From Alphaproteobacteria bacterium (GTDB taxonomy: Bacteria; Pseudomonadota; Alphaproteobacteria; CACIAM-22H2): a DNA stretch of 64,000 nucleotides. Position numbers and translations under genes: made by a program. Of the stretch, positions 9,308 through 18,509 are shown one piece after another. The DNA is taken from assembly GCA_035506575.1 (NCBI GenBank), contig DATJPD010000100.1:59424-123423 (forward strand), written 5' to 3'. The notes under the pieces are model-generated. The model was not told the DNA's origin. It saw only the letters and a list, made by a program, of their open reading frames with translations, and made no database searches. How positions within the stretch are numbered: position 1 is the stretch's first letter; each line of letters begins with the position of its first letter.

Positions 9308-11269
9308 ATGAGTCAGCCTGAAACCGAATCTCAGCCCTTCGAGGGCAGTTCTCCGACGGCGCTCGGCGACGGGATCGCGGCGATTCGCGCAGCACTGGTC
9401 ACGATGCCCGGCGGCCCTGGCGTGTACCGCATGCTCGCCGCCGACGGCACGGTGTTGTACGTCGGAAAGGCGCGAAATCTTCGCCGCCGCGTCACCAACT
9501 ACACGCAGATCAGCCGGCTGCCGGTGCGCCTGCAACGGATGGTGAACGAAACCCGGCAGATGGAGATCGTCACCACGCACACCGAGGCCGAGGCGCTGCT
9601 GCTCGAGATCAACCTGATCAAGCGCCTGGTGCCGCGGTACAACGTCCAGCTCCGCGACGACAAATCCTTTCCTTACGTCGCGTTGTTCGAAGACCATCCG
9701 TTCCCGCAGATTGCCAAGCACCGTGGCGCCCGCGACCGCAAAGGCACCTATTTCGGCCCCTTCGCCTCGGCGGGGGCCGTCAACGAGACCCTGACCGCCC
9801 TGCAGCGCGCGTTTCTGTTGCGCTCCTGCGCCGACACGGTGTTTTCCGGACGCACCCGGCCGTGCCTGCTCTATCAGATCAAGCGCTGCAGCGGCCCCTG
9901 TGTCGGCCGCGTCTCGGGCGAGGCCTATGGCGAGCTGGTGCGCGAGGCCAAGGAGTTCCTGCGCGGCAAATCGCACGACCTGCAGGCCGAGTTCGCCCGG
10001 AACATGCAGGCGGCGAGCGACGCGCTCGACTTCGAGGGCGCCGCCATGTTCCGCGACCGCATCCGCGCCATCACCACGATCCAGAACCGGCAGGGCATCA
10101 ACGTCGAATCGCTCGACGACGCCGACGTGATCGCCGCCCACCAGGCCGGCGGGTGCACCTGCGTGCAGGTGTTCTTCTTTCGCGGCGGCTTCAACTACGG
10201 CAACCGCTCCTACTTCCCGCGCCACGACAAGCAGCTCGAAGTCGCCGAGGTGCTGAATGCGTTCGTCGGCCAGTTCTATGCCGACCGGCCGCCGCCCAGG
10301 CTCATCCTCCTGAGCCACGACGTGGCCGACCGCGAGCTCCTCGCCGAAGCGCTCTCCGAGCGCGTCGGAAATCGCGTGCAGATCGAGGTGCCGACGCGCG
10401 GCGCCAAGCGCCAGGTGGTCGACCACGCGCTCCTCAATGCGCGCGAGGCGAACGAGCGCCGGCTCGCCGAGAGCACGGCGCAGGGGCAGCTCCTGCAAGG
10501 GGTGGCCGCGACGTTCGGCCTCGAGGCGCCGCCGCGGCGCATCGAGGTCTACGACAACAGCCACATCAGCGGCCGGCAGGCGCTGGGGGCCATGATCGTC
10601 GCGGGGCCGGAGGGCTTCGTCAAAAAGGCCTACCGGAAATTCAACATCCGCGGCGACGTGCCCCCGCCGGGCGAGGTGCCGCCGGCACCCGTTCCGCCTC
10701 CGCCGGAGACCGGCACGCCGGCGCCGATGGGCGGGGACGACTACGCGATGATGCGCGAGGTGCTGATGCGCCGCTTCGGCCGCGCCATGCGCGAGGATCC
10801 CGGCCGCACCTCGGAGAACTGGCCCGACCTGGTGCTGCTCGACGGCGGCCAGGGCCAGCTCAGCGTCGGGCTCGAGGTGTTCGCCGAGCTCGGGATCACC
10901 GACATCCCGCTGGTCGCCATCGCCAAGGGCCCGGACCGCGACGCCGGGCGCGAACGCTTCTTCATGGACGGGCGCGACACGTTCCAGCTCGAGCCGCGCG
11001 ATCCCGTGCTCTACTTCCTGCAGCGCCTGCGCGACGAGGCGCACCGCTTCGCGATCGGCGGGCACCGCACGCGGCGCAGTGCGGCGATCGCCGCCTCGCC
11101 GCTCGACGACATCCCCGGGATCGGCCCGCGCCGCAAGAAGGCGCTCTTGATGCATTTCGGCTCCGGCCAGGCGGTGGGACGGGCGGGCCTGTCGGACCTC
11201 GAGAACGTGGGGGGCATCAGCAAGTCGGTCGCCAAAAAAATTTATGACCACTTCCACGGCGACCGCTAA
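9308..11269 (+). CDS. uvrC: Excinuclease ABC subunit C
   Basis: GIY-YIG N-terminus ([24 protein letters not shown]), UvrBC-interaction domain, C-terminal endonuclease and HhH; 653 aa. Confidence 0.92.
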   Translation: MSQPETESQPFEGSSPTALGDGIAAIRAALVTMPGGPGVYRMLAADGTVLYVGKARNLRRRVTNYTQISRLPVRLQRMVNETRQMEIVTTHTEAEALLLEINLIKRLVPRYNVQLRDDKSFPYVALFEDHPFPQIAKHRGARDRKGTYFGPFASAGAVNETLTALQRAFLLRSCADTVFSGRTRPCLLYQIKRCSGPCVGRVSGEAYGELVREAKEFLRGKSHDLQAEFARNMQAASDALDFEGAAMFRDRIRAITTIQNRQGINVESLDDADVIAAHQAGGCTCVQVFFFRGGFNYGNRSYFPRHDKQLEVAEVLNAFVGQFYADRPPPRLILLSHDVADRELLAEALSERVGNRVQIEVPTRGAKRQVVDHALLNAREANERRLAESTAQGQLLQGVAATFGLEAPPRRIEVYDNSHISGRQALGAMIVAGPEGFVKKAYRKFNIRGDVPPPGEVPPAPVPPPPETGTPAPMGGDDYAMMREVLMRRFGRAMREDPGRTSENWPDLVLLDGGQGQLSVGLEVFAELGITDIPLVAIAKGPDRDAGRERFFMDGRDTFQLEPRDPVLYFLQRLRDEAHRFAIGGHRTRRSAAIAASPLDDIPGIGPRRKKALLMHFGSGQAVGRAGLSDLENVGGISKSVAKKIYDHFHGDR

Positions 11270-11343
11270 AATCGCTCCCCAGCGCTGCACATCTACCTCT
11301 ATGACGGCAGCGCGCCCTGGCCGGCTGTGGGGATATTTCCAAT

Positions 11344-11973
11344 ATGTTCAAGACCTTGCCGATGATCCTGACGCTCTCCCGGATCGTCGCGATTCCGGTT
11401 TTGGTGGCCTTGTTCTATGTCGACGGCGACTGGGTGCGTTACGTCGCCTGCGCGCTCTATACGTCGGCGGCGGTAACTGATTATTTCGACGGCTATCTCG
11501 CGCGCGCCTGGAAGCAGCAGTCGAAGCTCGGGCGCATTTTCGATCCCATCGCCGACAAGCTCCTGGTCTCGGCCACCATCCTCATGCTGGTCGCGTTCGG
11601 GCGCATCAGCGGCATCATGGTGCTTCCGGCCCTGGTCATCCTCTGCCGCGAGGTGCTGGTCTCGGGCCTGCGCGAGTTCCTGGCCGAGATCCGCGTCGGA
11701 CTGCCGGTGAGCCGGCTCGCCAAGTGGAAGACCGGCATTCAGATGACGGCCCTCGGCTTCCTCATCGTCGGCGACGCGGCCCCTACCGCGTTCGCGCCGA
11801 TCACCCTGATCGGCATCGCAGGCCTGTGGGTCGCGGCGGTGCTCACCCTGATCACCGGCTGGGACTACCTGCAGGCGGGCCTGCGCCACATGGGAGAGGA
11901 CCGGCCCGAGACTCCGGCACGACCGGCCGAAAAGGCGCCGATCGGGCCTGCCGCGGCCCGGCGCGCGGGATAA
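11344..11973 (+). CDS. pgsA: CDP-diacylglycerol--glycerol-3-phosphate 3-phosphatidyltransferase
   Basis: CDP-alcohol phosphatidyltransferase motif DxxDGxxAR...GxxxDxxxD; follows uvrC as in Alphaproteobacteria. Confidence 0.88.
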   Translation: MFKTLPMILTLSRIVAIPVLVALFYVDGDWVRYVACALYTSAAVTDYFDGYLARAWKQQSKLGRIFDPIADKLLVSATILMLVAFGRISGIMVLPALVILCREVLVSGLREFLAEIRVGLPVSRLAKWKTGIQMTALGFLIVGDAAPTAFAPITLIGIAGLWVAAVLTLITGWDYLQAGLRHMGEDRPETPARPAEKAPIGPAAARRAG

Positions 11974-11976
11974 ATT

Positions 11977-12501
11977 TTGAAAGTCTTCGGGCTCGCAGGC
12001 TGGAGCGGCAGCGGCAAGACCACGCTCCTGGTGACCCTCATTCCTGAGCTCGTGCGCCGCGGCGTCGCGGTGTCGACGATCAAGCACGCGCATCACGAGT
12101 TCGACGTCGACCAGCCGGGCAAGGATTCGTACGCGCACCGGGCGGCTGGCGCCTCCGAGGTGATGGTCTCCTCGTCTCGGCGATTCGCGTTGATGCACGA
12201 GCTGCGCGGCGCACCGGAGCCGACCTTGGACGAATTGCTGGCCCGGATGACCCCGGTCGACCTGATCCTGGTCGAGGGCTTCAAGGAATACCCGCACAAC
12301 AAGCTCGAAATCTACCGGGCAGCGCTCGGCAAGCCGCTGCTGTGCGCCGACGACCGCCACGTGGTGGCGGTGGCGAGCGACGCTCCGGTGGCGGGCCTTC
12401 CGGTGCCGCGCCTCAATCTGAACGACGTCGGAGCCATCGCCGACTTCATCATGGCGCATTGCGGGCTGGGGGCAGCGGCGAAGCGCACGGTGAGGGCGTA
12501 G
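11977..12501 (+). CDS. mobB: Molybdopterin-guanine dinucleotide biosynthesis adapter protein
   Basis: Walker A GWSGSGKTT; 174 aa; likely TTG start. Confidence 0.8.
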   Translation: MKVFGLAGWSGSGKTTLLVTLIPELVRRGVAVSTIKHAHHEFDVDQPGKDSYAHRAAGASEVMVSSSRRFALMHELRGAPEPTLDELLARMTPVDLILVEGFKEYPHNKLEIYRAALGKPLLCADDRHVVAVASDAPVAGLPVPRLNLNDVGAIADFIMAHCGLGAAAKRTVRA

Positions 12502-12539
12502 GAACGGCCCATGAGGCGCGCCGTAAAGAATTTTCCCTC

Positions 12540-12700
12540 TCCACCCAATTCCGATTGGGGGGAGAGGGCCAGGGTGAGGGGGGCGCCACCGTACGCGATA
12601 CCGACTATCGCGACCCGGGGAACGACCCTCACCCTCCCGCGCTGGCGCGCGGGCCCCTCCCTCTCCCGCTCCGCGGGCGAGGGGCTGGACGCACGGAGCC
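12540..12700. repeat. Compound intergenic palindromic element (nested inverted repeats CCCTCTCC...GGAGAGGG, GGGTGAGG...CCTCACCC, CGCGATA...TATCGCG)
   Basis: It fills the ~200-bp mobB-moeA gap. The core CCCTCTCC-loop-GGAGAGGG followed by GGGTGAGG recurs at 32805-32850. Confidence 0.55.
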
Positions 12701-12707
12701 TGGCCTG

Positions 12708-13964
12708 ATGGCCCAGCTGTCCGACGACTGCTTCGCGTTTGGCGGCGAGCTGATGCGGGCCGACGAGGCGCTCGGCATCCTGGCCGCGCGCGTGTCGGTG
12801 ATCGCGTCACCGGAGCGCGTGCCCCTCGGAACGGCGCGCGGCCGCATCCTCGCCGAGGATCTGGTGGCCGGACGCAACGTGCCGCCGCACGACAACGCCG
12901 CGGTCGACGGCTACCTCGTCTATTTCGACGATCTCGACCCGGCGGGCGAGACGCGGCTTCCGGTGAGCGGCCGCGTCGCCGCGGGGCAGCACGCGGCGCA
13001 GGCGCCGGCGCGCGGCACCGCCTTGCGCGTGTTCACCGGCGCTCCGCTGCCGGCCGGGCCCGACACCTGCTTCATGCAGGAGGATTGCCGCATCGAGGGG
13101 GATGCGGTGGTTCTGCCGCCCGGCATCAAGCGCGGTGCGAACCGGCGCAAGGCGGGCGAGGACGTGAAGGCCGGCGCCACGATCCTGCGCCGCGGCCACC
13201 GCCTGCGCCCGCAGGACGTGGGGCTCGCGGCCTCGGTGGGAGCGACCCACCTCGACGTCTACCGGTCTTTGCGCGTCGGCGTGTTCTCGACCGGCGATGA
13301 GCTGCGCGAGCCGGGGGCGGCGACACCGCCGGGGGCCGTGTACGATGCCAACCGTTACGTGCTGCTCGCCCTGCTCGGCCAGCTCGGCTGCGAGGTCGCG
13401 GATTTCGGCATCGTGGCGGACCGCCGCGAGGCGGTGCGCGAGGTGCTGGCCAAGGCGGCGGAGAGCTGCGATGCGATCGTCACCTCGGGCGGCATGTCGA
13501 CCGGCGAAGAGGACCACGTGCGCGCCGCGGTCGAATCCCTGGGCTCGATCCATTTCTGGCGGCTGGCCGTGCGGCCGGGCCGCCCGGTCGCGTTCGGCCA
13601 GGTGAAGGGCGTCGCGTTCACCGGCCTGCCGGGCAATCCGGTCGCGATGATGGTGACCTTCCTGCGCTTCGCACGGCCGGTGCTGCTGCGCCTGGGCGGT
13701 GCCGCCGAGATCGAGCCGCATCTCTTCCGCGTGCGCGCCGGCTTCGACGCCAGGAAGAAGCTCGGCCGCCGCGAGTGGGTGCGCGCGCGGCTGACAGCGG
13801 GCGAGGACGGCATGCCGGTGGCGCAGCGCTTCCCGCGCGACGGGGCGGGCATCCTGACGTCGCTCGTCGAATCCGACGGTTTGATCGAGCTCGCCGAGAA
13901 CGTGACACAGGTGACCGCCGGCGCCATGGTCGACTTCCTGCCCTTCAGCGAGGTCGGCGTATGA
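12708..13964 (+). CDS. moeA: Molybdopterin molybdotransferase
   Basis: MoeA N-terminal, MoCF-binding (GGMSTGEEDHV) and C-terminal domains. ATG 12708; the upstream part of ORF 12342 is the translated repeat. Confidence 0.85.
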   Translation: MAQLSDDCFAFGGELMRADEALGILAARVSVIASPERVPLGTARGRILAEDLVAGRNVPPHDNAAVDGYLVYFDDLDPAGETRLPVSGRVAAGQHAAQAPARGTALRVFTGAPLPAGPDTCFMQEDCRIEGDAVVLPPGIKRGANRRKAGEDVKAGATILRRGHRLRPQDVGLAASVGATHLDVYRSLRVGVFSTGDELREPGAATPPGAVYDANRYVLLALLGQLGCEVADFGIVADRREAVREVLAKAAESCDAIVTSGGMSTGEEDHVRAAVESLGSIHFWRLAVRPGRPVAFGQVKGVAFTGLPGNPVAMMVTFLRFARPVLLRLGGAAEIEPHLFRVRAGFDARKKLGRREWVRARLTAGEDGMPVAQRFPRDGAGILTSLVESDGLIELAENVTQVTAGAMVDFLPFSEVGV

Positions 13965-14218
13965 AGATTCTCTACTTCGCCTGGCTCAGGACGCGGGTCG
14001 GCAGCGCCGAGGAAGACGTGACGCCGCCTGCCGGCGTGCGCGACGTCCGCGGTCTCCTCGACTGGCTGAAGACGCGCTCGCCCGGGCATGCCGAGGCCTT
14101 CAAGGATCTCTCGGTCGTGCGCGTGGCGGTGAACCAGACCTACGTGCAGCCCGACCATCCGGTGACGGCGGATGACGAGATCGCCATATTCCCGCCGGTC
14201 ACGGGGGGCTCGTCATGA
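13961..14218 (+). CDS. moaD: Molybdopterin synthase sulfur-carrier subunit
   Basis: 85 aa ending in GG (…PPVTGGSS); ATGA overlap with the moeA stop. Confidence 0.8.
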   Translation: MKILYFAWLRTRVGSAEEDVTPPAGVRDVRGLLDWLKTRSPGHAEAFKDLSVVRVAVNQTYVQPDHPVTADDEIAIFPPVTGGSS

Positions 14219-14667
14219 TCCGCGTGCAGCGCGACGATTTCGACGTCGGCGCCGAGATCGAGCGCCTGACCGCCGGCAAGCACGACATCGGCGGCGTGGT
14301 GAGCTTCATCGGCCTCGTGCGCGATCTGGCGGGCGGTGCGTCCATCAAGGCGATGACGCTCGAACATTATCCCGGCATGACCGAGACGCAGCTCGCCGAA
14401 ATCGAGGCCGAGGCGAACCGCCGCTGGCCGCTCTCCGCCTCGCTGATCATCCACCGCTACGGCCGGCTCGAGCCGGGCGAGCGCATCGTGCTCGTGCTCG
14501 CCGCCTCACCCCATCGGGAGGCCGCGTTCGAGGCCTGCCACTTCCTCATCGACTGGCTCAAGACCAAGGCGCCGTTCTGGAAGCTCGAGGACACGGACAA
14601 GGGCGAGAAGTGGGTCGCGGCCGACGCGCGCGACGATGCCGCCGCGGCACGCTGGGTGAAGGGCTAG
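14215..14667 (+). CDS. moaE: Molybdopterin synthase catalytic subunit
   Basis: 150-aa MoaE fold (EHYPGMTE...WKLED); ATGA overlap with moaD. Confidence 0.85.
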   Translation: MIRVQRDDFDVGAEIERLTAGKHDIGGVVSFIGLVRDLAGGASIKAMTLEHYPGMTETQLAEIEAEANRRWPLSASLIIHRYGRLEPGERIVLVLAASPHREAAFEACHFLIDWLKTKAPFWKLEDTDKGEKWVAADARDDAAAARWVKG

Positions 14668-14861
14668 GCGTCCGGCTTCGGCCGCGGCACCGCGGTGCGC
14701 GGCCGGCGCTGTCGATCGTCCGCGGCATCGCCGTCCGCCGACCTGTCGAGCGCCGCCTGCATATGGTCGAGCGCCCCGTCCTCGGTCAGCATGCTCGGCG
14801 GCAGCTGGCCGAACCGCGCGCGAAACTGGCTCAGAACGCGGACATACTCGATCCACTTCAT
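14664..14861 (-). CDS. Hypothetical 65-aa protein
   Basis: Convergent to moaE (4-nt overlap); G-rich possible RBS. No family recognised. Confidence 0.3.
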   Translation of the reverse strand: MKWIEYVRVLSQFRARFGQLPPSMLTEDGALDHMQAALDRSADGDAADDRQRRPRTAVPRPKPDA

Positions 14862-15027
14862 GGAGACCCCGCCCGTTGGGGTGGAAAGTGCCGGGTTCTA
14901 AAATGGTCGAGGTGACGTTGGAAGCGGCATTAATGTGAACGCGTCCCGCCGGCGGCACCGATGCACGCCGCCGGATGACACAGGACGCGTCGAAACTCTC
15001 CGCGTGTTGCCGCGTTTCCTAAGCATC

Positions 15028-15189
15028 ATGGCCGAAGACCTGGACAAGTTTCGACGCCGCGCCCAACAACTGCGGACGATGCTCGGCAGCGTCACGGATC
15101 CGCGCGCGATCGAGGTGATCAAACGGGAGATCGCGACCCTGGAAACCAAGGCGCAAGAGCTGGAGCTGTCACAGCGCGGAAAGACCTGA
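15028..15189 (+). CDS. Hypothetical 53-aa coiled-coil protein
   Basis: ATG 15028 inside ORF 14935..15189; heptad-like EVIKREIATLETKAQELE. Confidence 0.3.
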   Translation: MAEDLDKFRRRAQQLRTMLGSVTDPRAIEVIKREIATLETKAQELELSQRGKT

Positions 15190-15200
15190 GCGGCTGCGAT

Positions 15201-15395
15201 TCAGCCCGAGGGCGCCTTGCGATGCACAAGTCGCGCGTTGCGCCACAGTTCGATCCCGGAACAGTGGCTGTGCGGTCCTCGTTCGTAGAGGGATTCGGCC
15301 CACGCGACGGCGGCGGCATCGTCGACGAGGGTCGCTTCCGTCACGGCAACGATCCGGTTGTCCCCGGACAGGCAATAGCACCGATAATCGGGCAT
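15201..15395 (-). CDS. Hypothetical 64-aa protein (MPDYRCYCLSGDNRIVAV...ELWRNARLV)
   Basis: Internal ATG of ORF 15201..15458. It resembles short conserved alphaproteobacterial proteins. Last gene of the minus-strand islet 16636→15201. Confidence 0.4.
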   Translation of the reverse strand: MPDYRCYCLSGDNRIVAVTEATLVDDAAAVAWAESLYERGPHSHCSGIELWRNARLVHRKAPSG

Positions 15396-15474
15396 AGACA
15401 AAAAACGGCCGCTCGGCCCGCGGCGTTCTGTGATGTTTCTGGGGTAGCGGTGGGGCAAGATTGGTCGCGCCCGC

Positions 15475-15774
15475 TTATCCGGAAGGCGCGCCGACGCCGT
15501 CCACGATGACGAGGCGCAGGTCGGACGACCCGCGACGGATCTCGTGCGCCACGGCGTATTCCGCGGAGTTGTACCAGCGGCGCGCCGCCTCCACGCTCTC
15601 GAATTCGATGACGAGGAATTTGTGCGCGGGGCCGCCTTCCAGCACCTCGGGCTTCACCCCGCGCGCGAGATATCTGCCGCCGTATTTGCGGACCGCGGCG
15701 GCGACCATGTCGCCATAGCCCTTCATGGACTCGGGCTTGCGGATCTCCACCTCACCGATGACGTAGGCCACCAT
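15475..15774 (-). CDS. DUF1330 domain protein
   Basis: 99 aa from MVAYVIG; dimeric α/β-barrel-like pattern (KYGGRYLARG...FLVIEFESVEAARRWYNSAEY...LVIVDG). The rest of ORF 15475..16353 is artefact. Confidence 0.7.
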   Translation of the reverse strand: MVAYVIGEVEIRKPESMKGYGDMVAAAVRKYGGRYLARGVKPEVLEGGPAHKFLVIEFESVEAARRWYNSAEYAVAHEIRRGSSDLRLVIVDGVGAPSG

Positions 15775-15848
15775 CGCGACACCCTCCTGATTGTCGGAGG
15801 AGCGTGCCATTGCGCCGGCTGGCGAACAACCACCCGCGGCTTCGAACG

Positions 15849-16043
15849 TCAGACCTGGTAGGACAGCTGCTGCCGAAGCTGCGCGCCCGTCCCGTGGCAC
15901 GTTCCGGGAGTTGCGTCCGACAGGGCGGCCAGAACCACAACGACGACCCAGACGGCGACGGGGATCAGCCCTAGCCGCGGTCCCCCGTGCGCCGACACAG
16001 GCCCGAAGGGATTTGAAACCGCCGGCATTGCGATGGCGCTCAT
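15849..16043 (-). CDS. Small membrane protein (64 aa, one TM helix LGLIPVAVWVVVVVLAALS)
   Basis: ATG 16043 preceded by GGGAGG 6 nt upstream; C-terminal part of ORF 15849..16643. Confidence 0.5.
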   Translation of the reverse strand: MSAIAMPAVSNPFGPVSAHGGPRLGLIPVAVWVVVVVLAALSDATPGTCHGTGAQLRQQLSYQV

Positions 16044-16069
16044 GAACGACCTCCCTGTCGCGCCCGATC

Positions 16070-16636
16070 TCAGCAGCGGCCCCGGCCGGCGGCTGTGCGT
16101 TTTCGCACGCGCCGCGGGGAGCGCTTCTCCTGGTGCGCGCACGTACCTCCGTTGCGGTGGCGGCCGTGGTTGCAGTTCGAGCACAGCACCTGGAAGCCGG
16201 GCGGATAGCCGCGCCGGCGCAGCTCGAGGAGGATCGGGATCGAGCTGAACGTGCCATACCTGCGCCGGTGGCGCGCGCCGTCGTTGTTGACGTGGTCGAG
16301 GGTGAGGAATGTCGGCTCGCCCTCCCCGCAGCAGGCGCAGCGATAGCCGCCATAGGCCATGATCGCCTGGTGCCGAAGCCAATAGTAATGATGCGGCGGT
16401 CCGCCGCGCGTCATCCGCCGGCCGTCGGACGGCTGCGTTCCCGTCGCGAACGCGACCGCGCGGTCCACGGTCCGGCCGGCCGACCGGCGCCAGCGGCGCG
16501 CGAATTCGTCGATCCAGCGCCGCGACGCCTCGATCAGAGCGTGCTCGCCGGCGCGGAGGCAAGCGCGGCAGCGGCCGCGGCCGGGCGGAAAGGCGGAGGC
16601 GCGCTTGCGCGCCCCGCACAGGTTGCAGGTTCGCAT
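16070..16636 (-). CDS. HNH endonuclease with N-terminal CxxC...CxxC zinc ribbon
   Basis: MRTCNLCG...CRAC N-terminus. HNH core at YRCACCGEGEPTFLTLDHVNNDGARHRRRYG...LCSNCNHGRH. ATG 16636 with a GAGGA RBS. Confidence 0.75.
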   Translation of the reverse strand: MRTCNLCGARKRASAFPPGRGRCRACLRAGEHALIEASRRWIDEFARRWRRSAGRTVDRAVAFATGTQPSDGRRMTRGGPPHHYYWLRHQAIMAYGGYRCACCGEGEPTFLTLDHVNNDGARHRRRYGTFSSIPILLELRRRGYPPGFQVLCSNCNHGRHRNGGTCAHQEKRSPRRVRKRTAAGRGRC

Positions 16637-16861
16637 CGGACATCCTCGGGGGGTGCGGCGGGGCGCGCCGGAAACGAAAACGGCGCGCGCCCCAAAAGGC
16701 ACGCGCCGCGACGATGAATTTCGGAAGCTTATGCCGCGCCCAGGCCGGCGCAAGCGCGAAAATGTCTAGTAGGCAAAAAAGCGCCCCGCCTCCGCCGGAC
16801 CTCCCCGCGAGCGGCTCGTGCAGGTATGTTTCAGCCGGCCGACATGCGAGGAGCTTCCGCG

Positions 16862-17704
16862 ATGACCATCATCGATTCCCAGGTGCATGCGTATGACGCC
16901 AACACGCCGGAACGGCCCTGGCACACCGTGCCGAACTGGCCCGCGCACGTCACCGGCGACGAAATGGTCGCGGCCATGGACAAGGTCGGGGTCGACGGCG
17001 CCATCTTCATCTCCGCGTTCTCCATGTACCGCTACGACGCGAGCTACGCGGTGGAGGTGCAACGGGCGCACCCCGCGCGGTTCGCCATCGTCAAGCCGGT
17101 CGACCCGGACGATCCGGCGGTGGGCGACATCATCGCCGACTGGAAGAAAACTCCGGGCACGGTCGGAATCCGCATCCGGCTGACCACGGATGCGAACTAT
17201 GCGCCGGACCACCCGGGCCTCGACCGGATCGCCCGCGCGGCCGTGCGTCACGATCTTCCGGTCAACGTCCTCTGCTGGGGCAACCTGGACGCCGGCACGG
17301 CCCTCATCGACCGCCATCCCGACACGCGGTTCATCATCGACCACCTGGGCATCGTACAGCCGCGGGTGCCGCCGGCGCCGCCCGAGCCCTGGGCCGAGCT
17401 GCCGAAGGTGCTGGCGCTCGCCAAGCGCCAGAACGCGGTGATCAAGGTCAGCGGCGCCTGCACCTTGTCCCGCCAGCCGTATCCATTCCCCGATATCTGG
17501 GACCCGCTCGCCCGCGTGTTCGATGCCTGGGGGTTCGAGCGCTGCCTGTGGGGCACGGACTGGACCCGCGCCTTCGCGGTCGTCAACTACGAGCAGGCGG
17601 TCGAGCCCTTCCGCATGACCGACCGCCTGAGCGCCACCGAACGGGCCATGCTGATGGGCGGCGCCTGCGCCAAGGCCTATGGTTGGTCGCCGAAGAAGGG
17701 CTAG
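16862..17704 (+). CDS. Amidohydrolase-2 family metal-dependent hydrolase (PF04909-like)
   Basis: QVHAY N-terminal metal motif, internal HLG, C-terminal D in a TIM-barrel pattern; 280 aa from MTIIDSQVH. Confidence 0.65.
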   Translation: MTIIDSQVHAYDANTPERPWHTVPNWPAHVTGDEMVAAMDKVGVDGAIFISAFSMYRYDASYAVEVQRAHPARFAIVKPVDPDDPAVGDIIADWKKTPGTVGIRIRLTTDANYAPDHPGLDRIARAAVRHDLPVNVLCWGNLDAGTALIDRHPDTRFIIDHLGIVQPRVPPAPPEPWAELPKVLALAKRQNAVIKVSGACTLSRQPYPFPDIWDPLARVFDAWGFERCLWGTDWTRAFAVVNYEQAVEPFRMTDRLSATERAMLMGGACAKAYGWSPKKG

Positions 17705-17717
17705 ACCACAGCCTGCG

Positions 17718-18509
17718 TCACGGCTTGGCCGAGCTGTCTCCGGCCGAGCGGGCCGCTCGTTCGATGACGCGGGCGACGGCGCCGGGGTGGGAGACATAGA
17801 CGAGATGGCTCGCCTTGATCTCGGTCACCTGTGCGCCCGAGCGCTTGTACATCCGGCGCGCAAGCCCCGGGTTGAGGGCGTGGTCTGCCGTGGCGACGAT
17901 GCCGTAGCTGGGCTTGTCGCGCCACGCGGCGACCGTCACCGGCGCGTCGAACGCGGCGGCCGCCACCGGGACCTGGGAATGCGCCATGAACCTTGCTTGC
18001 GCGGGCGGCACGTCGGCCGCGACATCCGCCGCAAACCGGGCCGGATCGAGGAAGACGAAGCCGTCCTTGGTCGGCTTGAGGTCGGCGGCCGGCGTCGAGC
18101 CCGGCATCGACGTGGCGAGCTGGTTGGTCGTTTCGCCCACGTCCGGCTGCAACGCCGCGACGTAGACCAGCGCCCGAACCTTCGGATCGTCACCGGCCAC
18201 CGTGATGATGCTGCCGCCGTAGCTGTGACCGACGAGGACGACCGGTCCATCCTGCTGGTCGATGACCCGCCGGGTGGCCGCGACATCGTCGGCGAGGCCC
18301 GTCAGAGGCTGCTCGACCACGCTCACTCGATATCCGTCCTTGGTCAGGATGTCATAGACCCCGCGCCAGCTCGAGCCGTCGACGAGAGCGCCGTGCACGA
18401 GCACGACGTTTTTCACGGCACCCGCCGGTGCCGCCCCGGCCCCGGACGCGCCGCCGGCCGCGAGCACCAGAGCTGCGAGTGCTGCGCGCAGCGCGTCAGC
18501 CACGGTCAT
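17718..18509 (-). CDS. Secreted alpha/beta hydrolase
   Basis: Ala-rich signal peptide and GHSYGG elbow; 263 aa from MTVADALRAA. The rest of ORF 17718..18866 is artefact. Confidence 0.7.
   Translation of the reverse strand: MTVADALRAALAALVLAAGGASGAGAAPAGAVKNVVLVHGALVDGSSWRGVYDILTKDGYRVSVVEQPLTGLADDVAATRRVIDQQDGPVVLVGHSYGGSIITVAGDDPKVRALVYVAALQPDVGETTNQLATSMPGSTPAADLKPTKDGFVFLDPARFAADVAADVPPAQARFMAHSQVPVAAAAFDAPVTVAAWRDKPSYGIVATADHALNPGLARRMYKRSGAQVTEIKASHLVYVSHPGAVARVIERAARSAGDSSAKP

Noticed and set aside
9179-11290. 703-aa minus-strand ORF antisense to uvrC, and a 461-aa plus-strand ORF in an alternate uvrC frame
   Set aside because: Both have low-complexity Arg/Ala-rich translations, whereas the uvrC frame has full GIY-YIG...HhH architecture.
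12342-12707. N-terminal 122 codons of the moeA ORF
   Set aside because: This is the translated palindromic repeat element. MoeA homology begins at ATG 12708.
11299-12810. 503-aa minus-strand ORF antisense to pgsA/mobB and the repeat element
   Set aside because: No domains and a low-complexity translation. It spans the intergenic palindromic element, which no real gene would do.
15775-16353. N-terminal extensions of the DUF1330 ORF (15475..16353) and of the HNH ORF (16637..16753)
   Set aside because: The domains start at internal ATGs with good RBSs, and the extensions are low complexity. The 15775..16353 region instead holds a separate small membrane protein ORF.
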